From Escherichia phage phiP4, in the sequence record PP993145.1: a stretch of DNA of 64,000 nt. The stretch is one strand, 5' to 3'. Within the stretch, counting starts at the first letter, position 1. Every line of letters starts with the position of its first letter. The notes under the pieces were generated by a model. That model saw nothing but the letters and a program-made list of their open reading frames with translations. It was not told the DNA's origin and did no database searches. Of the stretch, positions 35,051 to 45,474 are shown piece after piece. The translations under genes and the position numbers were made by a program.

Positions 35051-35245
35051 TTACAGACCAATTGCCAGCAGAGTGCGCAGAACAGTATCGTTACTGTTAT
35101 CAATTTTAGGATTAGCACGATTTAGCAGATCAAAGATTTTCTGGACACCTGATTGACGTTCAGCCATACGACGGATACCCAGATTACGAGTAGCTTTCTT
35201 ACCATTTTTACGAACATTTTTACGAACATTTTTAGATACTGGCAT
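35051..35245 (-). CDS. small basic protein (64 aa)
   Basis: ORF track. Confidence 0.4.
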   Translation of the reverse strand: MPVSKNVRKNVRKNGKKATRNLGIRRMAERQSGVQKIFDLLNRANPKIDNSNDTVLRTLLAIGL

Positions 35246-35315
35246 ATTTGTTTTCCTTTTATTGTTTTCTCAAATTTATGAATATATTATACAGAATTTT
35301 GGAGCCGGAAGCAAA

Positions 35316-36017
35316 TCAAATTTTCATTTTTTCGATCATAGCTGCAACACAATAGCTCTCAACTAAGGCATCGAATGCTGGATCATGCTTAACTGGATAG
35401 ATTCCATAACGAATAGTGTCCATTTTCTCCATTTTAGCGGTTGCCCAGCTAATACCTTCAGCCTCTAGCTCTTTGTAACTATATCCAGCTTGCATCCAGA
35501 GATTACGAAGAGATCGAACATTGCCCAAATTCCAGAATTTCCACGGAACTACCTCTTCATTGGTTCCAGCATGGAAAGTGTTTGCAGAGTAGATAGTCAT
35601 ATCAAACTCTGGGCCATTGCCATAATACAAAGCATTATCGCCTAGAGCCAACTCCATAATATTTTGAGCCATAGAGTAGGCAGCATAGTTAGAGCCGAGT
35701 TTATTAGTACAATGATGTTTACCGTTTTGGAATGCAATCAGCTTTGGATTACGCTCGTTCATAGCTTGCATAATGTGGATAGCAGACGGGCTGTCTTTAG
35801 CTTGATCCATCCAGAATGCTAGAGTAGATGCTGTAACTTTAGCACCAGAGTTAAGCTGATCTTGTACATCCAAAGTAACAAATACTAGATCAGGGTCTTT
35901 ATCAATTCCATGCATAGCCACAAAAGCGAAAGAAGGCATTGCGATATGAGTAGTACCACAATCTCCTGGAGTTCCTAGAGATTCAATATCTAGCATACCA
36001 AATGGTTTTACTTTCAT
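35316..36017 (-). CDS. DEDDh-type 3-prime to 5-prime exonuclease-like protein (233 aa)
   Basis: Motif I LDIESLG, motif II GPEFD, motif III HDPAFDA resemble DnaQ-like Exo I/II/III. Confidence 0.45.
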   Translation of the reverse strand: MKVKPFGMLDIESLGTPGDCGTTHIAMPSFAFVAMHGIDKDPDLVFVTLDVQDQLNSGAKVTASTLAFWMDQAKDSPSAIHIMQAMNERNPKLIAFQNGKHHCTNKLGSNYAAYSMAQNIMELALGDNALYYGNGPEFDMTIYSANTFHAGTNEEVVPWKFWNLGNVRSLRNLWMQAGYSYKELEAEGISWATAKMEKMDTIRYGIYPVKHDPAFDALVESYCVAAMIEKMKI

Positions 36018-36045
36018 AACTTATCCTTTATTGTGTAGAAAACTA

Positions 36046-36282
36046 TTAAAGAGCTGTCTCTTTAATAGACTCCCACTTCTTGGGGTCTTTAAAACCAGGA
36101 AGCATATCCTCACTGACATCCCAGTTCTCTTCCATAGAGAAGTCGGGCCATTCATTCCAGCTACCTTCCAGCTCTTCATAACAGGTGTCCATTACCTCAT
36201 GACTAGAAAGTCGTGTATAATCCCTAGCTGACTTATGGGTGCTAGCACGGTTAAAATCATTCTTTGCCACAAAATTACGCAT
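36046..36282 (-). CDS. hypothetical acidic protein (78 aa)
   Basis: ORF track. Confidence 0.4.
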   Translation of the reverse strand: MRNFVAKNDFNRASTHKSARDYTRLSSHEVMDTCYEELEGSWNEWPDFSMEENWDVSEDMLPGFKDPKKWESIKETAL

Positions 36283-36288
36283 AGTTTC

Positions 36289-36313
36289 TCCAAATAAGAG
36301 GGGCTTTCGCCCC
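36289..36313 (-). terminator. hairpin GGGGC-TTTC-GCCCC with U-rich tail on minus strand
   Basis: Read directly; lies downstream of 36324..36539. Confidence 0.45.
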
Positions 36314-36323
36314 CTGATTTAAA

Positions 36324-36539
36324 TCACTTGCCCAGCAGTTTAAAGATATTTTCCATAATAGTTTGGGCAGATTTTTCACTCTTGTTGGTTTCAGCCAACT
36401 TTAAAGCGAGTTCTTCCTGCTGTTTCTGAATATCAGCTGCGATTTTTTGATCAGCCTCAATACGAGCTTGAAGCTCATCAGTGATAGTGGTAAAGGAAGC
36501 AACGATTTCAGTAACGGAACGTGGTTTCTTAGAGAACAT
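36324..36539 (-). CDS. hypothetical protein (71 aa)
   Basis: ORF track. Confidence 0.4.
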   Translation of the reverse strand: MFSKKPRSVTEIVASFTTITDELQARIEADQKIAADIQKQQEELALKLAETNKSEKSAQTIMENIFKLLGK

Positions 36540-36602
36540 AAAAATATCCTTGATTAGTTAGAGAATTAGTAGATTGTAGGGGCTTCTGCCCCTATTTATC
36601 TA

Positions 36603-37118
36603 TTACTTCGCTTTACGCTTGCTAGCTGGTTTAGCAGATTTACGAGCAGAATCACCCGTGAACTTAATGCCTACACCGTAACACAGAGCGCGAACGTTAT
36701 CTTTACTATACTCTACGCCAAAGATATTTGGCTTAACAGAACCAAACTGTCCACGAGCATCACGTAGTACGTCTGCCGTTGGTTTACGCTTCTGGTTAAC
36801 TGCTTTCTCATAGTCTTTCATAGCCATACCATTACGAGAGAACAATTCAGCCCCAGCGTTGAAGCTCAGGGAAACTGGGGCAGATTTGTGGCCGTAATTT
36901 TCTACATACATAACCATTTTGTAGGATTTACGGGTGGCATTTTTAGCTTTAGGCTTCTGACGAATCGGAGCCGGATTATTCAGTGCTTGTGCAGCCTGAG
37001 CATCGGTAGGATGCTTACGCAGGTGGCGTTCCAGACGAGCTTTGCGATTAGCTTCGGTCTGCGGGAAAGTTTTAACTGCCGGAGCTGCTTGAGTTTTTGC
37101 GTTTTTCTGTTTAGCCAT
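36603..37118 (-). CDS. Lys/Ala-rich basic protein, possible DNA-binding (171 aa)
   Basis: Strongly basic termini (AKQKNAKTQAAPAVK ... KPASKRKAK). Confidence 0.5.
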   Translation of the reverse strand: MAKQKNAKTQAAPAVKTFPQTEANRKARLERHLRKHPTDAQAAQALNNPAPIRQKPKAKNATRKSYKMVMYVENYGHKSAPVSLSFNAGAELFSRNGMAMKDYEKAVNQKRKPTADVLRDARGQFGSVKPNIFGVEYSKDNVRALCYGVGIKFTGDSARKSAKPASKRKAK

Positions 37119-37193
37119 TATTTGTTTTCCTTTTTGTTTATCAATTTATGAAGTATATTATACGAGAATTTGAAGCGTTTAGCAAATGAATTT

Positions 37194-37643
37194 TTAATTT
37201 ATTAACTGTAAGCTTCTTTTAATTTCAGACCTTACCTGCATCAAAAGAACTCCTAAAGTATTATCCCCGATGCCTCGGCAAACACCCCAATATGTATCTC
37301 CCCAGGTATTTCCTTCGATCAAAGTTGCATTTTTTGTTGCTAACAGTTTGTCTCTCAAATCAGGGATTGCAAACTTTAACCGTAAAAGCTCTAGCATTAC
37401 ATCATCTTTTACCTTATCCCAGTCAGAGCGCAGAGTTAATTTACGTCCTCTACGTTTGGCAACACCTGCATTTAGGGAGCGCAGTACATGAGCTACATCA
37501 TCTTTTTGGTCGGATTTCATAGCCTGAAAAGCGTGTTCTACAGTATCAGCATGCCATATTTCATTTAGATATTCGAAAGTAATTGGTGATAAATAAAAGT
37601 TTGATAAGAAACTATAAGCACCTTTAAATTCAGTAATCTTCAT
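37194..37643 (-). CDS. NADAR (YbiA-like, DUF1768) domain protein (149 aa)
   Basis: Motif FLSNFY ... EHAFQAMK typical of the NADAR family. Confidence 0.55.
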   Translation of the reverse strand: MKITEFKGAYSFLSNFYLSPITFEYLNEIWHADTVEHAFQAMKSDQKDDVAHVLRSLNAGVAKRRGRKLTLRSDWDKVKDDVMLELLRLKFAIPDLRDKLLATKNATLIEGNTWGDTYWGVCRGIGDNTLGVLLMQVRSEIKRSLQLIN

Positions 37644-37924
37644 TTTTTACGCCCCGCATCTTTAGCCTCTTCGGCTGTATAGATATACTGATAAGCCCCT
37701 TTGGAGTAGGCTGGAGCAGTACACATTTTCTTACGCTCAATCTCTTCTTGAGCTTTTCTTTCGCGTTCAGCTAATTCTTCGTCCAGATAAACTAAACGTT
37801 GTTCTGGAGGGGGTGGAAGACGTGTTTCTGGCTCACCAATATTAGCCTTTCTTATTTGACGAGGTGATTGTGCACGTTTTCTCAATGGTTTAAATCCTAA
37901 TGAATTTGAGTTATAAATCCGCAT
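37640..37924 (-). CDS. hypothetical protein (94 aa)
   Basis: ORF track. Confidence 0.45.
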   Translation of the reverse strand: MRIYNSNSLGFKPLRKRAQSPRQIRKANIGEPETRLPPPPEQRLVYLDEELAERERKAQEEIERKKMCTAPAYSKGAYQYIYTAEEAKDAGRKK

Positions 37925-38001
37925 AAAGCCCTCCTCACTTTCAATACGAATATTATACTAAATTAGAGGGCTTTAAGCAAGAGAATTTTTTAATTTATTT
38001 A

Positions 38002-38490
38002 TCACATCTCAGCCATTTCAGCTTCAGTAATAACTGTATTACATAAGGCATCTACAGCTTCATTACCACTAATACCAGAATGTCCTTTAACCTTAATAAA
38101 GGTAGGGTTAGTATTATGAAAGTTGATATACTGCTGTGTTAATTTAAATGCTTCCTGCCAAAGTTCTAGATTAAGAGGAACTTCACCATCTGCTTTCTTC
38201 CAGCCTTTCCTTTGCCAAGAAAACATCCAACTTTCCATGCCATTTTTGCAATAAGCAGAGTCAGTATAGATAGCAATTGGTCTATTATCTTTTTTAACAG
38301 ACCAACGTAGAGCTTCTACAATAGCTGTGAGTTCCATCTCATTATTTGTAGTTTTAGGACTATAACCAGATTTAGAGCCTAAACGATCGTCGTTATCATC
38401 ATAGACAATAAAACCCCAAGCACCTGGACCCGGGTTAGCCTTACAAGCACCATCTGTGTAAATGTGGAAAACCGACATTATACCTCCCAA
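38002..38490 (-). CDS. ribonuclease H (RNase HI-like, 162 aa)
   Basis: Catalytic signature IYTDGAC ... YTDS ... GHSG..GNEAVDAL. Confidence 0.7.
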   Translation of the reverse strand: MGGIMSVFHIYTDGACKANPGPGAWGFIVYDDNDDRLGSKSGYSPKTTNNEMELTAIVEALRWSVKKDNRPIAIYTDSAYCKNGMESWMFSWQRKGWKKADGEVPLNLELWQEAFKLTQQYINFHNTNPTFIKVKGHSGISGNEAVDALCNTVITEAEMAEM

Positions 38491-38759
38491 CTAATTTTAA
38501 GACCCATGTCTACAAAGGCGGCTTCTCGGTAGTATTGTGAGAGATGATACCCCTTATCCGATAAGGTTTTTAGTACCGATTTAGCTGCTCCTGGCATTTC
38601 TCTAGGATTATATAGCCACCTAGCGTAAGGATTATCTCGAATAATTACTTCTGTATTTCCAGACTTAGCAGCTTCTACAATCTTTTCTTCTATAAACTTT
38701 AGAAGTGCGGGGACTTCTGTTAATCCTGCAAGTTCTTGAGCTTCTTTGGCTGAAATCAT
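38478..38759 (-). CDS. hypothetical protein (93 aa)
   Basis: ORF track. Confidence 0.45.
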   Translation of the reverse strand: MISAKEAQELAGLTEVPALLKFIEEKIVEAAKSGNTEVIIRDNPYARWLYNPREMPGAAKSVLKTLSDKGYHLSQYYREAAFVDMGLKISWEV

Positions 38760-38775
38760 GGCTTTTCACCTTCTG

Positions 38776-38958
38776 CTACACTTCTAGTTTTTGATGGAAT
38801 GGGGGGTTAGGTTTTATAGCCTCTAATTCTCTATCTAAGAATTCCTCTATTGCTCTATCTACAAAGTAGTCATAGGGTAAATGATAATATTCTGATAGAG
38901 TAAGAAGTTTGTGTTCTTGCCCTTCTGTTAAATAAACTTTCTTTCTAAAGAGTCCCAT
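38776..38958 (-). CDS. hypothetical protein (60 aa)
   Basis: ORF track. Confidence 0.4.
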   Translation of the reverse strand: MGLFRKKVYLTEGQEHKLLTLSEYYHLPYDYFVDRAIEEFLDRELEAIKPNPPFHQKLEV

Positions 38959-39052
38959 ATGTGTATCTCCAATTTATAAAATATATTATATTTAAATTTC
39001 ACTAAATAAGCAAATGAAATTTAAATATAATAGCCCCGAAGGGCTACTTAAG

Positions 39053-39892
39053 TTAAGAGGACATTTTAGCTTTAAGAGCTGGATGTGGGTCATATCCTTC
39101 AAGGTGGAAGGACCAAGCCGCAGTATTATTCTCTAATAAATCATAGAGATCTACAAATTCTGGCATTACTAGAGTTGGCAAAGGACGTGGTTTACGTTTC
39201 ATTTGCTCCTCTACTTGCTCTATATGATCACTGTAAATATGTGTATCTCCACCACTAAAGATGAGATAACGAGGTTTTAATCCAGTCAATTTTGCTAGGA
39301 TATGTGTTAATAAAGCATAACTAGCAATATTGAAAGGTAGGCCTAGAAAACAGTCTACAGAACGTTGTGTCCATTTAAGATCTAAGTATCCATCATTACT
39401 TACGTAACACTGGAAACCATAGTGACATGGTGGTAATGCCATCTTATCTAGTTCGGCAACGTTCCATGCAGATACTAGGTGTCTACGACCATGTGGATTA
39501 TTCTTGAGACCCTCAATGAGTTCTAGGATCTGATCTCGTCCACCAAAGTTGCGCCATTGTTTACCATATACTGGTCCTAGATTACCGTTGTCATAGCCCA
39601 TACTTATAGCTTGGTCTTCATAATTTGGAGTCCAGATAGTCCACTGTCCTTCGTCACGCCCAAATGTGAATACTCGCAGATCATGGAGATTTGTAGATCC
39701 AGATAAAAACCACAGGAGTTCTCCAACTACTGATTTCCAAGCTAGACGTTTAGTGGTTACGGCGGGGAATCCCTCACGTAGGTCGAACTTAGCATAGGAA
39801 TCAAAAATTGAAACTGTGCCTGTTCCTGTACGATCGTTACGTGGTTCACCCAGTAAAATTACATCTGTTAGAATTTTTAAATATTGTTGCAT
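39053..39892 (-). CDS. thyA: thymidylate synthase (279 aa)
   Basis: Conserved ThyA blocks including active-site region PPCH and RR...W motifs. Confidence 0.8.
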   Translation of the reverse strand: MQQYLKILTDVILLGEPRNDRTGTGTVSIFDSYAKFDLREGFPAVTTKRLAWKSVVGELLWFLSGSTNLHDLRVFTFGRDEGQWTIWTPNYEDQAISMGYDNGNLGPVYGKQWRNFGGRDQILELIEGLKNNPHGRRHLVSAWNVAELDKMALPPCHYGFQCYVSNDGYLDLKWTQRSVDCFLGLPFNIASYALLTHILAKLTGLKPRYLIFSGGDTHIYSDHIEQVEEQMKRKPRPLPTLVMPEFVDLYDLLENNTAAWSFHLEGYDPHPALKAKMSS

Positions 39893-40425
39893 TAATAAGT
39901 AACCAATTCCTGTACAAATCGCAGGCTGTTATCACTGTTTGCGCCAGTTGCGTAAACTAAACGAGTAGATTCATAGTTGTAATCTAGAATCGTATTATCT
40001 AGATGTACATCTGCCTCTAGTTTTTGATCACTAAAGATTGTGGATACAAAAGCACTTTCAATATGTCCATGAATATACATTTCGTACAGTAATGTTGCAC
40101 CACCTAAAACCACTGTCTGTTGATCTTTCAGAAATGTAGGTAAAGCATCCCCAATCTTAGAAATTGGAGTGTAAATATCATGTGTAATATCGTCTGGTAG
40201 TGGACGATCAGCACGAATAAATAGGTCAGAAGCTCCAATCATACGTTCCCTAACGGCGTATGGAAGAGCTAAATAAGTACCCGCACCAATGATGATGTTA
40301 TCTGGATTCAACACGTCCAGTTGAGAATAGAAAGCATCTAGTTCTTCTTTGAAGGAACCCCATGGAAGTTTACCGCGGAGGCCGAACTCCCCATTCGGCC
40401 CAACTGCATACATTGCTGTAATCAT
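39892..40425 (-). CDS. dihydrofolate reductase (177 aa)
   Basis: N-terminal DHFR signature (GPNGEFG..GKLPW); adjacent to thymidylate synthase. Confidence 0.75.
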   Translation of the reverse strand: MITAMYAVGPNGEFGLRGKLPWGSFKEELDAFYSQLDVLNPDNIIIGAGTYLALPYAVRERMIGASDLFIRADRPLPDDITHDIYTPISKIGDALPTFLKDQQTVVLGGATLLYEMYIHGHIESAFVSTIFSDQKLEADVHLDNTILDYNYESTRLVYATGANSDNSLRFVQELVTY

Positions 40426-41567
40426 AAGAAATCTCCAAATTCATTACCCAGATCTTTCAGAGTATCAGTAGAGGTCTCAGTTACCTGACCTACACGGTAA
40501 GCTGCACCAATCTGGATTTCTTGCGGAGCAGGCTGTAGAGAAGTAGTATCCAACCAGTTCATGATCCACGGAATAGGGTTTTTGGTGATTACTGGTAAGT
40601 GACTAGGCCATTCTACACCGATGTGCATAAATGCATTACGCCCCACAAAGTACAGATATTCTTCTAGAAGTTCTGCATTCAAGCCAATCAGACTACGACC
40701 TTTGAAAATGAAATGACCCCATTCAATTTCAGTTTTCAGAGTTTTCAGGAGCTGTGCTGGTGCTTTAGCCACTGCTTCATCTACCAGATCTTTGTCAAAC
40801 TGCTGGAACATAATCTGGATGATTGCTTTAGACATCTGAGTGTGTAGAGCTTCATCTTTAGCAATTAATTGTAGGTTTTTAGCAATACCTTGCAGAATAT
40901 CGTTCTCTGCTAATGCAAAGGTACATGCAAAGGATGCATAAAACTGCATTGCTTCCAGACCATAGATCGCAAAGTAAGCGTCTAATAGTTTAGCCTGAGT
41001 TTCACGTTTAACTTCAGGGAACTCAGTTTCTGGATATGTATTGTCGCCACGATGATCGCGTACTGCGATGAAATACTGACCTAACTGGTACAGTTCATCG
41101 AATAGTTCAACAGAATCAGCGATGCGTGCGAATGCTTCTTGGTTTTTGGTTACAGAATCAATAAATTCTGCTGGATCAGTTAGCACATTACGAATAATAT
41201 TGCTATAAGCACGACTATGCAGATCTTCGAAGTAGCTCCACTGCTTGAGCATACCTTCCAATTCTGGACGACTTACAAGCGGCATAATAGCTGCTTCAGG
41301 AGCACGACTGATAAAGGAATCTGTTTGAGTTTGCCATGCTAAGTTCAGGAGTGTAATTTCCTGAATTTCCCGTGGGAGATTAGGCCATTGTTTCTTATCT
41401 GCTTCCAGACTGATTTCAGTTTCAGTCCAAAATTGAGAGCGTTGCAGAAGTGCCAGACGTTCTAGTTCTGGATGTGCTACACGTACATAATCTGCGATAC
41501 CGAGAGAATCGCCCAGGAAAAGATCAGCGTTAGTATGGTCCCAATTCAGGTTTAGTAAAGTAGTCAT
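40422..41567 (-). CDS. nrdB: ribonucleotide reductase class Ia small subunit (381 aa)
   Basis: Ferritin-like di-iron protein downstream of the large subunit; C-terminal FGDFL-type tail. Confidence 0.8.
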   Translation of the reverse strand: MTTLLNLNWDHTNADLFLGDSLGIADYVRVAHPELERLALLQRSQFWTETEISLEADKKQWPNLPREIQEITLLNLAWQTQTDSFISRAPEAAIMPLVSRPELEGMLKQWSYFEDLHSRAYSNIIRNVLTDPAEFIDSVTKNQEAFARIADSVELFDELYQLGQYFIAVRDHRGDNTYPETEFPEVKRETQAKLLDAYFAIYGLEAMQFYASFACTFALAENDILQGIAKNLQLIAKDEALHTQMSKAIIQIMFQQFDKDLVDEAVAKAPAQLLKTLKTEIEWGHFIFKGRSLIGLNAELLEEYLYFVGRNAFMHIGVEWPSHLPVITKNPIPWIMNWLDTTSLQPAPQEIQIGAAYRVGQVTETSTDTLKDLGNEFGDFL

Positions 41568-41673
41568 TGATTTTCCTCTTTCTCACTATTTCAGGAATAT
41601 TATAGCAAATCTGGTAGCGATTAGCAAGTAAAATTTCAAAGAAAAAGGAGACCCGAAGATCTCCTTGTTTTTA

Positions 41674-44003
41674 TTAAATAGTACAACCACCGGATGCACA
41701 ACCTGCTGCTTCTTCTCCAGCACCTCCACCATTTGCAGTATTGAAGTTAGCATAGTAGAAAGTTTTCCACCCATACTTAACAGCAGTCATGAAATCACGA
41801 ACTACTACTGGGCCAGGAATGATTTCATTCTCAAACTTGGTGTAGTCATAGTACATATTCGTACTGATAGACTGGCTGAAGAATTTCTGCATAGTTGCTA
41901 CCCACTTGATCCACTCGATACGATCTACATCATAAGCCAGTTTATAGCTCATTAACGTTTCCCAATCGGTTGCACCTGGAGCAATTGCAATTACTTTATT
42001 CACTGCACTACCCTTGATAGATACAATCTTACGAGGCGGTTCAATAGAGTTAGTAACACCTAACAGAACAGAAGAACTTTCTCCTGGCATCTGAGCAGTC
42101 AGAACAGAGTTACGCATACCATATTTCAGAATATCTGCACGCAGAGACTCCCAATCCATTTCTAGACCTACGGATACCAGTTCATCAACAGTTTTCTTGT
42201 AAGTGTCGATTACCAGAATTCCTTTAGATGGTTTAGTACGATCAAACCACTCACATGCACCCTGTTCTTTAGCTAGGCGTACAGAGGCTTTATGCAGAAA
42301 GTAAGACAGTTTTTCAGCCTCACGGTGAATCCAGTTACGGGCTTCAATACCTTCATAAGCCAGACCTTCTGCTGCCATTGCACCTGCTGCGTTCATCAGG
42401 CCAATACCAACATTACGACGTTTCTTAGCCGTATATTCCATAGTTGGGAACGGATAATCCTGAATTTCAATAATTGTATCAACGAATTTCAGGAGGATGT
42501 AGCAAGTTTTTTCCCACTCAGCCAGAGATTCCATGCGTCCAAGTACAACACCACCTAAGTTACACAGAGATACTTCACCAATATCCTCCGGCTTCATTTG
42601 ATCAAGCTGCTCTTTTGTCTTATACAGCTCTGTGATATGATGGAACGGGCGTGTAGGCTGAGTAATTTCAACACAAAGGTTTGTCATACGGATCGGATCA
42701 AGGAAGTTACCGTGACGGTTAGATTCCCCGATGTGATGAGCGTACATACGTCCTGTTTCCATTCGGATACGTAGCCAAGTATCTAGGATTTCTTTTGCAG
42801 AGACTTTAGGAGCTGCAGGAACTGTTTTTCCTTCGTGGTCGATCTTTGTAAGAGATGCCACACGTTTCTCCGCTGCCACGTAGATTTCTTCAAATTTAGC
42901 CTCGTCATCACTATAAAACGCTTCATGAACTTCTGGAGCATAGAAGTATGACATTAGCGTAATATCTTCGTTTTTAAGATAACGTTTTAACAAAAGATTG
43001 TTAAAGCTCAGAGAATAATCCATCTTATCGATTTTATTCTCATCTGTAGCACGTTGTTGCTTAACCTGCATCAATTGAATGATTTCAGGGTCGAAGTACG
43101 GATAAGACACTGTGGCAGAACCACCACGAGTTTGCTGAGTATTGGCCTTTACTGAGCGGTCAATGTGTCGATAATATGGCAGTTTTCCGGAATGCGGGAA
43201 TGCCCCATTTCGCACCGGATCAGCAATTGATCGGCTTTCAAGATGATACCCGATTCCCGCTCTGGCTGCGACCATTTTGAAGACGATGTGCTCGGCGGTG
43301 TCGATTGAATCCAACGTGTCAGTGGAATCCACGAGGCAGCAACTAGCAAATCCACGGTCACTAGAGCGCAGACCAACCAGTGGCGGCGTAGGAACGTTGA
43401 TTTTGTGGAGTGACATTGCATTGTAGAGGTCGATTGCATCTAGAATTGTCCAGTTAGGTTGAGATAACATCGCCATTGCCATACCCATGTAGGCAAACTG
43501 CGGGGTTTCATAAATTTCACCAGTGGCTATGTTACGACGGGAATACTTATCAAAGAACTGTTTCAGCCCACCACTAGTAAAAAGACGGTCACGATCGTGG
43601 TCTATAACCTGATTCAGAGCTTCAAATTGCTCATCGGTAATCCATGCACTCATGTCTTCCCATGCACCTACGCTAACCATATGGTCATGGAAGAAGCGTA
43701 GAGAGGGTGGTTCGAAAGAATCATAAAGGCGTTTACGCATTTGCGCAAGACGTAATTCCTTTGCTGGCACATCGTATGCTGGATTATCTTTGATAAGACT
43801 TTCAGCAGCTTTAATTAATGCATCCATCAGAGTGTCGGAATCTACAACCCCTTTAGGCAGAGTTTTTTGAGCAGCCATAGTAATGGCTGACCAACTTACA
43901 TCAACTGTTTTGCAACCATACTCTGCCCAACCATTGAGTTTTTCAGGAGCAAAGTCTTCTACAGTACCGTCACGTTTAATTACTTTTTCAATGCGATGGC
44001 TCA
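41674..44003 (-). CDS. nrdA: ribonucleotide reductase class Ia large subunit (track ORF 41674..44109; start moved to ATG at 44003)
   Basis: ATP-cone start (MSHRIEKVIKRDGT) preceded by AAAGGAA RBS; catalytic core; C-terminal Cys pair. Confidence 0.8.
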
Positions 44004-44146
44004 TTTGGCTTTCCTTTTTATAGTTATCAGGATTTAAGGAATATTCTACTTTATTATCGGTCATTAGGCAAATAAAATTTTCTGATAGAAAAGGCCCGAG
44101 TATTTTCATACCCAGGCCCTGTATATTACCAGTCTAGCTTTTTAGC

Positions 44147-44368
44147 TTATTCAATTACTTTAGCTCTAGCTACTTCTTTTAATAGAATATCTATGGAGGT
44201 GCTCAGCTCGTTATAGTTGAATGGTTTATTTGGATTTGAGGTTACAATTTTCCACGCTAGGGTTGTCTTAGGACTTTCTTCCCCTTCCTTACGTGTAATC
44301 ATATTAGCAGCACTCAGTGAAGTACGATGTATTTTAGTTTTACGGCTCAGATGAACGACGTTTCCCAT
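44147..44368 (-). CDS. hypothetical protein (track ORF 44147..44437 trimmed to an internal ATG)
   Basis: Trim removes overlap with the PhoH gene. Confidence 0.4.
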   Translation of the reverse strand: MGNVVHLSRKTKIHRTSLSAANMITRKEGEESPKTTLAWKIVTSNPNKPFNYNELSTSIDILLKEVARAKVIE

Positions 44369-44369
44369 A

Positions 44370-45131
44370 TTACACCTTCCCCATGTCTTTAAAAATATCA
44401 TAGAATGCTTTAGACTCAACAGAACGAACGTTATCAATCAATTCGATCATTGAGAATGGGGCATTTTCGTATTTTTCATAGACTTCCATAAGGAGTGCTA
44501 GACCTGAGTCACCTTTAATGTCTTTCTGAGCTATATCTCCGCAGATAATTAAACGGCAGTCTTGTCCTACACGAGTTAGGAGACAAATCATTGCCTCAAC
44601 GGAAATATTCTGAGCTTCATCGACAATTACATAGGAGTTGTTGAAAGTTCTGCCACGAGCATGTTCGATAGCCAAAAATTTAATTTTCTGACGTTCGACA
44701 TATCCTTTATATGCATGATCGCCGATGGCCCATTTCATACCATCAGCTATTGGCTCCAACCAAGGCTCTAGCTTTTCCGCTAGATCACCAGGAAGCATAC
44801 CAAGAGACTTACCTAGAGGTTCATTAGGACGTACGAGAATCACTTGCTCAATATCTGAGTGAATGTCTACGAGTTCCTGAGCTGCAAGAACGGACGGAAT
44901 AAAGGTTTTACCAGTACCTGGCTCGCCGATACCCACAGTCACTGTGTTGTTCTTGATCATATTGATATATGATTTTTGCTCGCGGTTTTTACCTACTAGG
45001 GATTTAGCAACTGGGTTAGCGTAATCATTAGAAAAATCAGCCTGAATTACGTTGTTCTCATATTTGTTGCCACGCTTTCTTGAACCATTGCGGTTCTCTC
45101 TTTTTTGACGTGCTTTTCCCATAAATAACAC
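44370..45131 (-). CDS. phoH: PhoH-like ATPase (253 aa)
   Basis: Walker A GEPGTGKTF and Walker B-like ICGD, characteristic PhoH layout. Confidence 0.75.
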   Translation of the reverse strand: MLFMGKARQKRENRNGSRKRGNKYENNVIQADFSNDYANPVAKSLVGKNREQKSYINMIKNNTVTVGIGEPGTGKTFIPSVLAAQELVDIHSDIEQVILVRPNEPLGKSLGMLPGDLAEKLEPWLEPIADGMKWAIGDHAYKGYVERQKIKFLAIEHARGRTFNNSYVIVDEAQNISVEAMICLLTRVGQDCRLIICGDIAQKDIKGDSGLALLMEVYEKYENAPFSMIELIDNVRSVESKAFYDIFKDMGKV

Positions 45132-45416
45132 TCCTATAGTGTACTTCGCTAACAGAGGATCAACAAAAAGATCTTGTTTATCAACTTACAAATATATTAT
45201 ACCAATATATACAGTAAAAAGCAACTACAATTTTAAATAAGCCTATGATATTGCATTTAAATAAAAAATTTGCTTGCTTTTAACGTGAGATGTGTGATAC
45301 TAGATAATCATTTTATATCGCGTGCACGAGTGCGTGATTATACAATTTTTAATAGAGATTGGCAAATAAAATTTTTTGACTCAGATCATGTTACAGAACT
45401 TTATAGTAAAATATTG

Positions 45417-45445
45417 TTGACATCCGCCCTCGAATGAGTTATAAT
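45417..45445 (+). promoter_or_regulatory. sigma70 promoter TTGACA-N17-TATAAT upstream of nrdD
   Basis: Perfect consensus hexamers with 17-nt spacer. Confidence 0.65.
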
Positions 45446-45474
45446 AGTAGTCTTAGTTAGAGAAGGAGAGTATA

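Noticed and set aside
41586-41774. Minus-strand ORF of 62 aa overlapping the 3-prime end of nrdA
   Set aside because: It lies in the nrdA-nrdB spacer and the nrdA terminus in another frame, with no independent RBS support.
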